This document shows, one piece after another, positions 22,079 to 37,299 of a DNA stretch of 64,000 nucleotides; within the stretch, counting starts at the first letter, position 1, and every line of letters starts with the position of its first letter. The position numbers were made by a program, and so were the translations under genes. The notes under the pieces were generated by a model. The model saw only the letters and a program-made list of their open reading frames with translations, was not told the DNA's origin and did no database searches. The stretch is from Welwitschia mirabilis (Eukaryota): NCBI GenBank assembly GCA_051453625.1, contig JBOZIK010000001.1, positions 29,177,844 through 29,241,843 of the forward strand, read 5' to 3'.

Positions 22079-25000
22079 GATTAAATTATCTTATAACAAA
22101 CTACCTATAAATTCATTTTATTCAGCTAAATAAAACAAATAATTTTATTAAATTCTAATGAGATGCAATATATTTGTAATGTTAATTGCCAAATTTAAAA
22201 ACACATTGTAAGAGCATCATGCTAATTTCTTAATTTCATGACACGTAGAATTTTCATTTTCTACATCGATATTAGAATTTGATGGTTAGTAATATTATAG
22301 AAGAAGTCATATAATCCTTATTGAGTACTATAGTTATACACTATATTAGAATTATTCATATGATCCGAGTTAACATTAAGAAGATAGTTTTGAAAGTAAC
22401 ACATACTAAAAAAGTAGAAGTTTATTAGTGAAATAATTCTTTAAGGTTATTTATGTTAAAAAGTCATATGGAATTACTTATGTTCTTATATTTATAACAT
22501 GTTATTCAAACATATAATTATTAGATTATAAACCTATGTCTTATCACTTTAGATTAAAAAGTACCTAAATTACTTATAGATTCTAATAAAGTAATATTGT
22601 CCTTTTTGAAAGCTATTAGTAAATAGATGACTCTTAGTATGATGAATGACTTTGTATATCCTAATCCCATTTACACTTATTTACTAGAATATTATTTACC
22701 TCTCTTAGGGAAGGAGCACTTCCAAATCCTCCTACTATTGATTTTGCATTATCATACGATGTTTTTTAGAAGATATCCAATAGTTTTAATTTATAATATA
22801 CTTTTCTTTAGATTATTAGCTTCATCATATTCATGTTTCAATTTCTATGCATATGAAACATATTCTTACTACTCATAGTCTTGAAATTTTTCATGTGTCA
22901 TATTTCATTAAGGGCTTTATTTTTGTGAAACTTGCTATTCTAAAATTGTTTTTAAAGCATTATATCTTTGCATTTTTTTCAATTGCATTAACAACATTGG
23001 TAAAATAGGAATGAAAATTTGACTTTCATGTAAATGATCTGGCTTATGCTTGAATTCCATGCTACATTCAACTTCCAAACTTTCACTCATCTTTCACAAT
23101 TTTAAATATGAAATCATTAGTTGCATTGGTCCTATTATTTATGAAAAATCTTTTTCCTTTAATATTCTTTATAAGTCACATTCTGTTGTGGATTTTACTC
23201 TAATAGAGAATAATCATGCTTTAACTTTGTGTCCTATATATCATGTTTATAAGATTAATTACTTTAAATTTTTTCAATTAATATGTATATTTTCATCATG
23301 ATCATCATCACATTTCTCATTATAGCTACCTTAGTATTTATACTAAATGAGCTATTACTTTAGTAAATTAATAGAATAACGTGTCAAATCCATCACTACA
23401 AGTTATTCAATTTTCTTCAAAACTTGTGGAAAATTCTCATCTTGCAAAATCTAAGAATAATTAATTTAAAGCCATGTCAAATGCATATTTCCTACCTGCG
23501 TTACTTTATTCCTAAAATAAGTCCTTTTCTTCTTTCAATAATCAATCACTTGTGGATGGTAAATTTTTTATCTTAATCATAGGTTAAAAGTGATCTAAAC
23601 ATATTATGTCTTGTACTATTTCTTTTTTCGTTGCTTCTTATCGATATTATTTAGAGTATTACTTAAAATCTAGTTATTAATTTTTTAGATCTTAATGTTA
23701 ACATACCTAATTTTTCTAACATTTATGGTGCTTATTCTTCACTATACCTAGCTTAATAGTAATTATCTCTTATAATATTCAATGATTTACTAATGAGCTC
23801 TAATGAAAAAACTCTCAAATTTTCTCTAAAGGCTTTCTCTCCCTTTATATTTCTTAATTACTTTAATAGACTAAGAATTACAACTTTAAATTTTTAATTT
23901 TTCTCTCATAAGATATTGCATAACTCTGAAGCTTTTGCTACTTCTCATCCTAAAGATGTGAAGGGGTTGCCATTTTCTTCTTTTCTCATTAAACTTCACA
24001 AAATTATTGTTCTAACTTAGGCTCTAAATAATAGTCATGTTAAGCCATTTTTTCTTCTTTTACTAGTATGACTAGTATTTCTCTCATCTATTTTTCTAAT
24101 CATATGCATAAGAGAATTTAACGTTGAATAGATTTAAAACATACATTACCTTATACTCTTTAGTTTTTTAGAGGATATTTTAACATGATTGATTCATCTT
24201 GTGATACATTGGGTTGAGATATTTTTTACATTTTTTCTCTTTCTTTCTTTCTTTCTTTTTTTTTATTTGACATTATTTAAATTGAATACTTGGTTTGAAA
24301 TTTAAAAATTACTTTTATGTTTGAAATGAAATTTCTTTCTCCTTCTAAAGTATGCAACATGATTTTACTTAGAGTAATTTTTATCAAGATTCTAAATGAA
24401 TTTATAAGAATTTATATATATTATACTATTGTGCATTTTATTTTTAGGATTTAAACTACTTCACCAACATTATAAACATGAGACTTTTATCAAATCATTT
24501 TCCTACTCATTTGTTCATGAAATTTGATATTTCTTCTCCAACATGTCATTTTCCCTTATTCTATCTTAATACTTCTTGATATAAGTACCATATTGGGAAA
24601 TAATTTATTTGTATATTTTATAATATATATCTTAAACCTTCTATTCCATATTTTTGGAAAAAAAAGATAACTAGACAAGAAAAAGATTACTTTCACTCTA
24701 TTACTCAACAATTTAGAGTTGAATAATAAGCTTCTTCATGATCTCTTAATTTGAGTTCTTGTTCTATACTTGCTAAATCTTATTTAGTTCAAAAATAATA
24801 GGAGGTTCTTCAAGTATAAAGTGCTACAAAACTCTGCTAAAAAGAAATTAAACTTTACATAATAAGAGCTTACTAAATTAACATCGTTCTCCACTTTGTA
24901 TGCTCACATAAAAAGGGAAGATTATTCTTATATATCCAGATATTCTTAACCTATAAAATATTGGTTTCAAAGCACTACCAACCTTACATACAACTTGGGT

Positions 25001-25879
25001 TCTCTTCACAAGCTAGCACTCTCTTCCCTTTAGGGATTTATAATAATCAAAGAAAAAATGTTCTTAAAATCATTTATAAAAGGACATCCATACAAGTATT
25101 ATCTTATAGTTTGGAAGTCATAATAAGGAATCCTGAGAATGAAAGTAATAAATGAACTATAATATGTATATTCAAAATCTAATAGTCCTTATAATTTAAG
25201 TACAAATAAAAAATGATATTAAAAGAAGCAACAAGCCTGAAAAGATGTTACTTTAATGAGATCTTTAGTTCTTCCTCATCATTACCACCCACAAGTGTTT
25301 TAAAACAAAATAATGTGATATAGTAGAGAAAATGATTTAGCAATGTATTTACCAAAAAGTATTTTTTAAAGAAATAGGTGAGAGATTTGCACCTAGTACC
25401 AATCATTTATGAAAGTAACATATTTTTCTTCTTTCTTTATTCCCTTTATAAATTTGATGGCTTCCTTACCTTTACCTTAGAGAGGTAGTTATTTAGAAAT
25501 TCTTAAATGCTTTGAAATGAATAGAAATTGCTAAGTTTTATTCATTTGATGGTTATTTGTTTTTTGATCAAATTTTTAAGATAGATTTCTTTGAAACGAT
25601 AAAAGTATCTATAAAGAAGCATCTGTACTCTGAAAGAGGTCTTTTGTCAAACTATCCAGGATAATCTTGTAAACTCTTATTTGTATGCTACCTTTAAAAA
25701 GTTATTCATTATAAGGATTTTCTTTATAATTTTAACTTAAGAAAATTTCTTACATTGGTTTCTCTAGATATTAAACATTCTACTTCTATGTGTATTAATA
25801 CTTAGGTATTTGGAAAAGTCATATTTTCATTTGAGTTATTATATTTATGTTAGAAAGTTAATAATATTACACTAGAAAC

Positions 25880-26750
25880 TATTAACTTGATAATGAAACA
25901 CAAAACACTATGTTTCATTTCACATTTAAAAGATGCATCCTTTTTTCAAGTAGTAAAAAAAATGTATAAAATAAAAAGAATTTATACCAAAAGATAATGA
26001 TTTATTAAAATTGATATCTAAAAGAAGAAGAAATGTGATAAAACATTGGAAATGAAAGAGGCCTAAGTATGAAGACTCATTTACTCATAATTTTGATAAA
26101 TTAAGTATTTATGACAGTGATTCATTCTCAAATTATTAAATTATTTATTATAACATTTCAGTTATGGTAAGAGTTATGTTTACTCTTATTTTTAATACTT
26201 TATTATTCATAAATCAACTTTCTAATATTTGTACATTTAATTCTAAGTATAAATAATTTAGAGTATGATATTAATCTTTTATACTAAGAGATAATAGCAT
26301 TTCTTATTTTAAAACTATTTCCAACTTTTGCAACTTTTAGGATGTTGAGATAAATGTGATACATTACCAAATTTAGAGATGAAGGCTATAGTTCTAAGGA
26401 TGAACTTAATGAAGCATTAAATTTAAAATCTTATGATATTGAGCCAAAAAAAGTGATAATGAAAAGAAATGTTCATTAGTAAAACATCAAAACTTGTAAT
26501 AGGTGGTTATGACTATTAAGTAAGTGAAAGAAATTTATTTATTTTATTAATTAATATTCGAAATTAAACTTAATTTATAATGGAAGTTATTATTTTAACT
26601 AAGATCATAATGATTTATTTAAACTAGAAATCATGAGAAGTAAAAAAGGAAGATCATTTTTCACCTAGTGATGAGGCACTAAAGTTGTAGAACTTGAAGT
26701 AGGAAGCTCTAAGAAAATATATTTATTATAGGTGTTTTATGACTCATGTC
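25880..26750 (+). repeat. Unclassified repeat copy, inverse of the 19030-20960 fragments
   Basis: Same anchors as the 19030-20960 entry, on the opposite strand. Confidence 0.6.
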
Positions 26751-29700
26751 ACATTAGAAAATAAGATGATTGCATTAAACATTAAGGATTTACAATCACA
26801 TTTAATGAGAATAAAGGTATAAACTAAGAGTATTAAGATGAAGATGAATAATATTAGAAGAGAACTATCTATCTACAAAGCATTAAAACATCATGAAATA
26901 CCAAAAAATAAGAATGAACGTTTTTCTAACTAAAGCACTATAATCCTATATTATGAAATGACAAACCAATAAAATTGATATTAATAGGATACATATAAAG
27001 GGGTACATTGCAATTTTTTATTAACATCTATTAAAGCATCTAGTGATAAAGATATAAAAATAATAATTAATAACATAGTAAATGTCATTTTATTTTTGTG
27101 TAATAAAAATAAATTTCTTCAAGCACTAAAGTTTTTTTATCTATAAGTTAAAATGGATAATAAGCCATGTCTTATTCCATAATAAACATAATTATCCATG
27201 TCTTCTACCACAATAAAACACAATGATTTACTTTGCTTCATATTACTTCCTAAAGAATTATTAAATAAAATAGTTTTAATTTTATTTAATTATAATTTGT
27301 TTAATAAATAATATAGAAATATACTAAATATTTACATTTTTCATAATTGTTATTGCATGCTTTACTATATTTCATAATAGATAACCCTGTCAAATTAAAT
27401 GAAGGTAAAATTAATATCATGTCAAAAATAATGTTGAATTCCCATGGTAAAACTTGTAAATAAATTCTATAAAAAGGGCCAAAGTTATTTATATTTTACC
27501 TTTTTCCTATGATGAAGCTAAGATCTATGAGTTTGAAGCATCATGATTCTTAGATTCTCTTACAAGTGCTAAAGTAAGGCTAGTACCACCACTCTTCTTA
27601 CAACTTAAGCTATGGTGTTTTATTTTATACTGCTACTTTTATTATTTATTTTTTTGCTTTCATACATATATCTATCATTAAGACTAATAGAATCTCCATG
27701 CATTATTAAAAAAAATGAAATAAATAAGGTTAGAATACTTCAAATCATTAGAGATGTATAATGGTATAAAACAAATGGTACTAGAAATTTATCCTTAATA
27801 AATTTTAATTTCATCAAGATGCTATGATGAATATTAATCATAATTTGTCATCAATGGATAATATTAAAAAATCTACAAATGTTGTCTTTTTTTCTCCCAA
27901 AAAAACTCTAACACCTAGACTAGAAAATTGCCATTTGCTTTTCAAATTAAGAACTAACGTAGAAAAATCCATCACTATATAGAAATAATCTTAATTTAAG
28001 ATATAATTGATAATAATGGAGTTATTTAATCCTACTCTTAGAATTTCTAGCAAAATACTGATATATGAAGTTTAAAAAAGTAAAAAATAAATGTGCCTTA
28101 TGAGAAATGAGATGTGAGACATATGTTGTTTTAATCTCTTAAACAAATGGTTATGTCATACTCTAAATGAAAAATTTTTTATATGAATATATTTATGTTC
28201 TATAGAGGATTGATGGGCTATTTTGGTAATGAGTCATTCCTCATGTAAATATTGATACATGTCTATGAAAGATATTTTAACTCTTTCACCACATTTAGAT
28301 ATATGAGAATATTGTTTCATTACATTTAGATATATTTTACCTTCTATTTTTTAGTGTTGTCTTCTTCTATTTTCTTTGTTACTTCCTATCCTTTCTTATT
28401 TGTTCTTTGATCATGTCAGTGAATGGCACACAATGAAATCCAAGAATAAAGATAAACTTTATTAGCATTATCTTGATTAGTTATTATTTGATGAATACAT
28501 TAGACAAATGCATGCATATAACTCTGAGTACTATGGATATTTAGTTGTTTGTTTACCTATGTAATACAAATGTAAGGTTTATTTTATTATAAACAATTAG
28601 ACATAGAAGACAAAGAAAAAGATATATAATCTTCATTTAGCATGTTATAAAATAATTTATTTTGAAAAATAATAATGAAATCTAAAGTGTTATAAATATA
28701 TTATTATCACTTCAGATAACTATAACTTCCAAATAGATTATATTTTCACTCTAGATTTATTTTGAAAAGAAATAAAATATTGAACACATCAAATTATACA
28801 TATTTTTAAATTTCTTATTTCAAGTTTAACCAATAACTTTCTAACATAATAATATTATTAATGAAGAAAAAAATTGGAAGTCCAAGATATAAGTTTTAAT
28901 TAAAATTCATGTGCCTATAAAGTCAATAAAAATGGATAAAAATTAAAAAACTAATTAAGTTATCTCAATTGCCAAAACAAAAACCTACTTAAACTTCTAT
29001 AAACATTTATTAAAATGCTAGTAAATAAAGAATAAGAGAATTTTATATACAAAAGAGAACATTAAGAATATTATAAAATTTAAAGTAATTTCAAACTACA
29101 CTTTTCTTAAATAACTATCTAGTCAAAACACCCTTATGCTAAAATAGAAAATTCCACTTACTATTCAAGAATAAGGCCTTAATGAGAAAAAGCATAATTT
29201 ATTTTAATATAATAAAATTTAATAAAAATTATATAAAATAAAATCTATTTAATTATTATACATATTATACTCTTAAATTATTATGATTATTTTGTCTAAT
29301 TTTTATATAAGTAATTAAATAATTTTTAGACTTTTAGGGGACTTTGTGATTAAATAATAAGAGTAACAATAAATTGTTATAGTTTTTATGTATTAAGATC
29401 ATATGTTAAGTAAAAACTATTTAAATATTTAGAACTATCATCAAATCATGCTACACAAAAATGGTCATAACTTTAAACTACTTTGAGTTTTAAGTGATTT
29501 AAGATTTTTTGGAAATATTATTGAATTATTTACAACAAAACACTTAGAAATTAGTATTAATTTTGTAATTTTAAATTTAATGCTTATCATTCTCTATGTC
29601 TATTTTCAGAGTTACTTCCAAAAAAAAAAAATTCATCTCTCAAAAAAATTACTATTATTAAATTTTATAATTTAAACTAAATCTTAAGCCTATAAAAAAA

Positions 29701-31699
29701 ATATCTCATTCAATGTTAAGCAATATTTAATAAGTTGTGATCTTCTAAAGTTATATTACCAATCTTTAAAAAAGAAACTTATCTAAACAAGAACATAAAA
29801 ATTCATATATTAACCTAAACAAATATAATTGAGAAAATTTAATAAAAATACTTAATGTAATTAATCTAGTAATATAAAAAATAAATCTTAACCAATAGAA
29901 ATATAAATTAGTTAAAACAATTAATGTACAAAATCAAGAAAGGGAAAACATATTCATTGAATCTTAGAATTAGTGTGAAGAACTACCTAGTGTAAGTGGG
30001 GATGAGAATCAGATAATCCACCCTATAAGAGAATAATAATACATATATGATACATAATTAAACTTTTAAATTAATCAACAATGCAAAACAAAACATGAGT
30101 ACTCAAGTATTTTAGTAAACCCCATAATCACTTGACCAAAATTATACTTTAGTAGTTCCATCAATTAACATGTATAGATATCCCTCAAATCTCTTTCTCA
30201 TTTAGGTTTAAGCCAATGGAAGGAAATATATTAGCTAAATAAACATTACAATAGCCTGATGTAATTTTATAATGCAATACTTTTGTGATATAACAAATTT
30301 CTTTAAGCAAAAATAAAACATAAAAATATAATAAGTAGAGGAACCTATTTGAAAAAGTGATGATGTAAGGCTTTTACTTGATGATTACTAATGAATATTT
30401 GATGAATTTCTAAGATTCAAGATTTAATATTCAAGATCTAAGATCAAAACTCTACACTCAAAATTAAGAGCATGAGTAGATAAGAGAAGAAGATGGAAAA
30501 TTAAGAAGAGAATTTTGTATCATAAACTTGCTTAAAGATGGAAAATTGATTTTCAAGAGAGTGAAGGTCTTTATTTATAGGTAAATAATATATCATAAGT
30601 CTTTTATTCAATTAGTTAAAGACCTCACATATCATTTTATCTATGAGGTGTTGTGATTAAATTGAAGTGAATGAGATTGATAACATTGAGTTGGATAAGA
30701 TTGGTCACAATAAATTAGATAAGATTGATCCATGAGAAGTTGATTAAGCTTGACTGGTAAGTGATATTGATATACAAATGACAAAAAGACATCATACTTA
30801 TAATTCATAAATATAACTAAGGTTAATTACATACATTATTTCCTCATGCTTGTTTCTTTTTAATCCTTCATAAATGCATAATCATATTTACTCAACTCAA
30901 ATCATGCATTAAGCAATGTATAATATGCATTACAAGGATAAAGCTTTTTCTTTGCATTAATTTCAAGAATGCCATGTGTCACAATGAGATAAACATTTCT
31001 AATTTCAATGAAAAAGAAAAATAAACATTTTAAAAATCAAATTCGTTTATAACTATAAAAAAAAAATACAAGTTATGGTAGAGTGAAATCTACTTATTTG
31101 TCCTTCTTGGTTTTGCATAAGAGTGCATGTTCTTATTTACATGCTCATTAGTTTTATGATCCATCAAATCCATCAACATAAAATGTAAGATGATAATATC
31201 ATGATAGAAGGTAGTATACTTAATAGGATAACATTTTACTAGTTACATTAAGTATTTACATTTTACTAAGTAATTTTACAATTTTAGCTTAGATAAGACA
31301 CATGAATAAGTGGGTAGAGATTTAATATGTCATTCTTGTAATTATTTCATTGTTATTTCATATATTCTTGTAAAATTACTAATTTAATAATTTTAGCAGC
31401 TAAATTAGATGCTTTTTGATAAATGAAATTATTTTATTTAAACATGTCGCTAGCTTATTTTTTTTAATCATAAAAATTTTTATAAGATAATTATCAAAAA
31501 TATCAAAACTATAAGAGCTACATAAAAAATAAGATTAGGTACTTAAAACATCATACAAGCATCTAGAATTCAAAATTAAGCACAATGTAACTTCTTTTAT
31601 TATTGGAAAAATATTACTATTTATAAAGTTTGTAATCAAAGGAGCAGCTTTATATTAAAACTGCAATATTAAAAACTATCATATAATTAATAAATTTAT

Positions 31700-34600
31700 A
31701 TGTCTAATGTTTCGGTAACTAAATGTTTAAAAATGTGGGATATAAAATTCTTAGAGAAAACCTCTCAAGTTAAAAATAAATCATGAAAACATTCACAACA
31801 TTTTACAATTAAGCTTGAAGATATTAAAGATGTCACTTCATTTAAAGAAGAATATCATGGCTTGAAAGAAAAAACTAAATAATAAAGTTCTATGATGGAT
31901 GAATAAATGGTTAGTTTTACTTTACTTTAATGATTAAGTTTACTTTACTTTAGGCTTTACCCTCAAATTTTGACATGTTTCTTAAATCACTAAAACATGT
32001 TGAAAAACCCTATTTCGAACTCGTTGTCTAGTTATGTTGGTAAAAACATGAAGCCTAATGCTTCAGGTCATCTACCATGATAATCTACAGGTGTGTGACT
32101 CATTCTACCTTTGCATAAGTACCCATGTGGGGCAAAGAATAGGTCTATATGATGGAGTAACATATGGTTCAAGGGGTAAAGAGGTTACTAGGGGGAAAGA
32201 GGTTACTATTAATGTATCTCTCGATTAGTCCCACTACTTTTTAGTGTAAACGACTTTTATCCTCTGCACATGCTTCATCATAATAGCTACATCCTATGCT
32301 ATGGAGAGACTTCCACAAGCGAACCAGGTTTTCTCTTTGGTGGATGCTCGAATCTAAGCCGAAATAGAAATAAAAAGAAGAGAGGGAAAAATAAGCATGG
32401 GTATTACTCCATTTGAATAATACATTGGACAAGGGGAAATACGACAAAAATTTTATAGATTTTGTAATAAGATAGTCCATTATTCCCAAAATTACTATTT
32501 CAAAAATCTAAAAATCCTAAAAGTAATATTAAGTAGAACATGAAAAATAAGGATACAAAAAAAATAACAAGGATAAAATCTTTAAAATTAGATTCCTAAT
32601 TAATTATATGATTCTTCAAAAGGAATAATTATCAATCTCTATAAGTAATAATAAAATATAACTCATGGACTTAGAAACACCAAATTTACATGATTAATAG
32701 TAAGGAATACTTTACAAAGCTTGACACAATTGTAATTATCATTGTGAACATGTAACCATTCCTAATAAAATGAAACTAAGAGTGAAATAAGCAAGAAATG
32801 TGAAGCTATGTTTTCCAACTTAATGAACACCATCTATATCCTAAACATCAAAATAAACTTATCAATTTTGTCTCTACTTTAAGAGGGGTATCAATCTAAA
32901 TTTAAAATTAAAAAATAAGTTTTTCCATATCATGAAAAAAGAGGTAAAAACACATTAAAGTAATTGAGGATGGTAGAATATTAATGTTATAGGTGAAAAT
33001 TAATAATTATAAATCTTTTTCAACTATCAACAAATGAAGCAATCCTCTAGAGGGATAGGTTAGGACATACAAATTTTGAAGTTCTTAAGAAACTACATTA
33101 AGTTAGTGAACAAGTTTTAGAATTTAAAATTGAATGATTAGTATTTAAATCTTGGCAAATGATCTAAATATATCTTAATACACTACAAAAAATAGAAGAA
33201 AAAAAAAGATATAAGTTTAAACTAATTTAAACTGTCTTACATGGATCATTATCTATTTCATTTCTAAAAGGATAAAAGTATTTTATTACTTTCATCAATG
33301 ACTACAGTAGGATGTTTTTTAATATACTTCCTATGAAATAACTCTCAAGCACTTAAATTTTTCAAATTGTATAAGGTACTAATGCAGAAGTAGACGAAAA
33401 TACAAATCAAGAATCTTAGAATAAATAGAGAAGAAGACTACATATGAAGTAAGTTTTACAATGAATTTGAAAATATTGAAATTTAACATGAAGCAGTCTC
33501 ACCCTACAAAATTGATCTCAACAAAGTAGCTAAAAGGAAAAATAAAATTATATTAGAGATGAATAAAAACATGCTACATAAGACATGCCTTCCATCATTT
33601 TTACAAATAGAATCTATTACAACAACTATTAGCTTCAAAGTAGAGTTCTTACTAAAGCTCTAAATAGAGATATACCAACATAGAAATGATATCATAAGGT
33701 AGTATCCTATAATTATCTAATAACTTTTAAAGTAAGTATTTTATACACATTCCATAGAAATAAAACAACCTATAAAACAAAGCTAAAACCTATTTCGTGC
33801 TTAATTATTCTAATGAAAATAGATCCCACTAAGTATGGGGCTTAACTTTCAAAAAAATCATTGTTATCTAAGATATTGCATTTAATAAAACATAAGAAAT
33901 TAATAATACTATTTAATTCATATAGTTTTATGATCTAATTTTAGTTAGGAAGAGTCATAAAACTTCTTGATAAACCTATAAATCAAAATTTAAATAAATC
34001 AAATTCTAAATACTCAATATAAAATCATCTAATCATCAAAGTAATGAATCATACTATGTTAAAGAAAAAATTATTCTGTCATAGAAAAAAGTGATCAAGA
34101 AAATTCTATCTTAAATAATAAAATACAAATACCATATTAGGCAATGTAAGTTTTTAGTTCATTACATGAAGGTGAGATAAGTTTAATAAAAGAAAATAGA
34201 AATCTAACTACATGAAGTAGTTCATCATTTATTTCTACTATCAATGAAACAAGTGATAAAGAGCCAACTAGTGTAAAAGCAACCCTTGATAATCAAAATT
34301 AGAAAAATATAATGCAAGATAAGTATGATATACTTATGAAAAATCAAACTTGGAAAATCATCAAAGCAATGAAAAACCTGATTAATATAAATTAAATGTT
34401 TTGTATCAAATACAATTAAGAAAAAATAACAAGTAAATACAAGTTTAGCTTTGTTTCATAGGTTTTATCAAAAAGAAGAAAGTGATTATAATAAAACATT
34501 TACATCCACTAAAAAGATTCATATCATATGAGTTATAATTTCTTTAGTAGTTTAATATAACTAAAGCTTATCCTAGTTTAACATAAAATCTACACTTGTA

Positions 34601-34780
34601 AATGAAGATTGTAAATATATAGATCAATCTAAGGTTTTTGAAATCAAAGACCATGAAATAAAAATTTGTGAACTAAAATCTCTCTATGGCCTAAAATAAG
34701 CTTCTTGAGTATGGTTTAAAAATATTAACAGATTCTTCAAGAAATCTAAGTTTTAAAAAGTTCTTCATAAATATAGACTC
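31700..34780 (+). mobile_element. Heavily decayed Ty1/Copia internal region (gag, integrase, RT); LTRs not identified
   Basis: About 33275 reads KYFITFINDYSRM...QALKFFKLYK...IKNLRINREEDY (integrase). About 34260-34750 reads EPTSVKATL...KNQTWKII...KSLYGLK*AS*VWF (RT). Confidence 0.75.
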
Positions 34781-37299
34781 CACGTGGTATCACTTGGCAA
34801 ATAGAAGAGATACTACTAGAAATTAAAAATACTAAGGAATTTATTTAAATAAATGCCCTTAAGAAATATGGTTTTAGGACATTTTTATATATAAACACTG
34901 TAATTGGATTTTTAACTTTATCTTTAGGATGTGCATATTTGAAAATACCTTAATTATGCATCATTGAGCAAGCAAATAAAGTGCTTTTAATGAATGCATT
35001 AAAATAGATGTAAACAAAAACCCTATTAACTAAAACTTATCTTTTAGGATGTTGTTTCAAATAAACACACTTAAAAAGGCAAAAACTTAACTATAATCTT
35101 TTATTTATTAATGCATAACTTTCGTGAATTTAGTGATTCATCCATGTGATAGGATCAAGAACCCTAGAGGGAAGGATAAATAGGTTCTTAAACATATAAA
35201 AAAAAGTATTCTAAAAGAATCAAATATTAAATAAAAACTTGTATATAATAATTAACTAATCTAAGATGTGCATCAAAATAGAATTTAACAAAAGTAAATA
35301 AATACTAACTAAAAGCAAAAAAGTATTGAATAGAAGCACATAGGATTTACAATGATTTAAAAAAACCTCTACTTTACTATCGATAATTTCCTTTTTACTA
35401 AGCTTGATCTAGATCTTTGTTACTCCATCAAGTATTCTAGGTTCACTTATAACATTTACAAACAGACTTTTCTAGAATTAGTCTCAACTTTTGAGGGGAT
35501 TTTTCAAGGCTTATCCTAAATTTTTTATAAAGTAGAATAGTTATGAAATGATGCCAATATGCATGAATATCACTTATTCTTGACACAATAGATTTTGATG
35601 GAGCTCTTCTCCTATAGATGCACAAAAGATGAAGCATAACTTCTGACATTAAATGAAGAATTAATACAAGAAATGAATCTTTCTTGGTCAAAAGTACAAA
35701 TTCTAAGGCCCAATCGGGAATATCTCATGATTACAGTGCTACTTCCTTAGATCCAAAAGATTTATCAAATTTAGATCTGTTTCGAAAATTCTTTATGATC
35801 ATCTATATTTTGGCTATTTATAAAGGAAGGAATTAGTATTTATTACATTTGAAATGCACTTCCAACATCTATAAATTACTATAAAATGACTAGAAAATAG
35901 ATACATAATGGATACATTATAGATATAAATTTCAGTTCCATTCTATCTAATTAAACCCTCAAAAGTCTGGTTGACCCCATCAGGTATTATGACTTACATG
36001 GGTTGCCTAATTAAAAAATGTAATCACTCTAATTTCTTATGGCTTTATGTTTAGTCAACTCCCTCTGGTTTCAATTGACCACAGTCTAGTCTCCCACAAT
36101 AGAATTCAATTGCTTACTTATCCTAATAAAGTTCTTTCTAGTTTCTAGCATCATATATAGTCAACCCCTTCAGGTGTCTAGTTGACCCCATAATGATTCG
36201 CTTAGGAGCATCATCTACATAGTGCTTAGGTCTAGTTGACCCATTGGCAATCAGTTCAAGATTACTGTTCCTTGGTTCATAGATCTTATCAACCTTATTA
36301 TAGGTCTAGTTGACTCCTTATCATTTCATCTAAAGATACTGTTTATCTAATCCTCAAATTTGATCAACCCCATAATAATCCAGTCGATCCCTTGCCATTC
36401 AATTTAAGGACACTATCTCTTAAAGGTTATAGTTCTAGTTAATCCCATAAGAAATTTAGTGACCCCTCTTGATGTAGTTCATTTTGTCTTTCTACTTCAG
36501 ATGTGGTCAACTCCTTAAAAATCCATTTGATCCCTTAAGAAGGTAAAAACCCTTGATAAGTTTCTAGTGCTTAAAATTCAATGGTTTTAGTTTTATCTTT
36601 TGACTCATAAGTAATTAACATTTTCTATATAAAATACATAAAATTTGCTATACAAAAAACATTAGTTTGACATTAATAGGTAAAACATAATCTAACAATA
36701 TCCCCTTTTGACATCGATGACAAACAACACTTAGTTGTAAAAATATTTAGGAAAGATACCCCTTATAAAATGCCTATTATAAAATATTTCATCTTTTAAA
36801 ATAAGTTAAAACATTTTAAACAATCAAATTTTGTGCTTGAAATAGAACAAATTTAATATGCACAATTAAAGGATTAAGAACATAAGTTTTATGAAAAGCA
36901 TAATGTGATCATGTAAACTATTTAATACATTAATCAAATCTCACATATTAGAATTTATTTCCAACATTAGAGGACATTAAACTTTTAAGTTAATCACATA
37001 AGATACCAACATAAAAACATGTTAAGCACATATAATTTGAAATACCAATTGAAAATAATTTAGTGAATAATAGAAAAGTGCATATAGATTTCATTAAACA
37101 TATACAAAAATTACAAAATAAAAGTGCTTATCAAGATCATGCTATATTTGAAATCATAAGAAAAATATACAATGATAAAAAACAACTAATTCTCCCCCTT
37201 TTAACATCAATGACAAAGAAGAGAATACAAACACCAGGCAAAACATAATTTAAAAAATCTATTTAGACCCCTCCTCTTATTTTTCTTCTTCTTCTTTAA

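Noticed and set aside
30360..30935. Possible solo LTR (TG start, minus-strand TATA, ..ATTACA end)
   Set aside because: No matching TSD or partner LTR, and the boundaries are unsupported.
32241..32489. 82-aa ORF, and a faint resemblance of the opposite strand to mitochondrial rps4
   Set aside because: The start is non-ATG, and the resemblance needs frameshifts and is too weak to call by eye.
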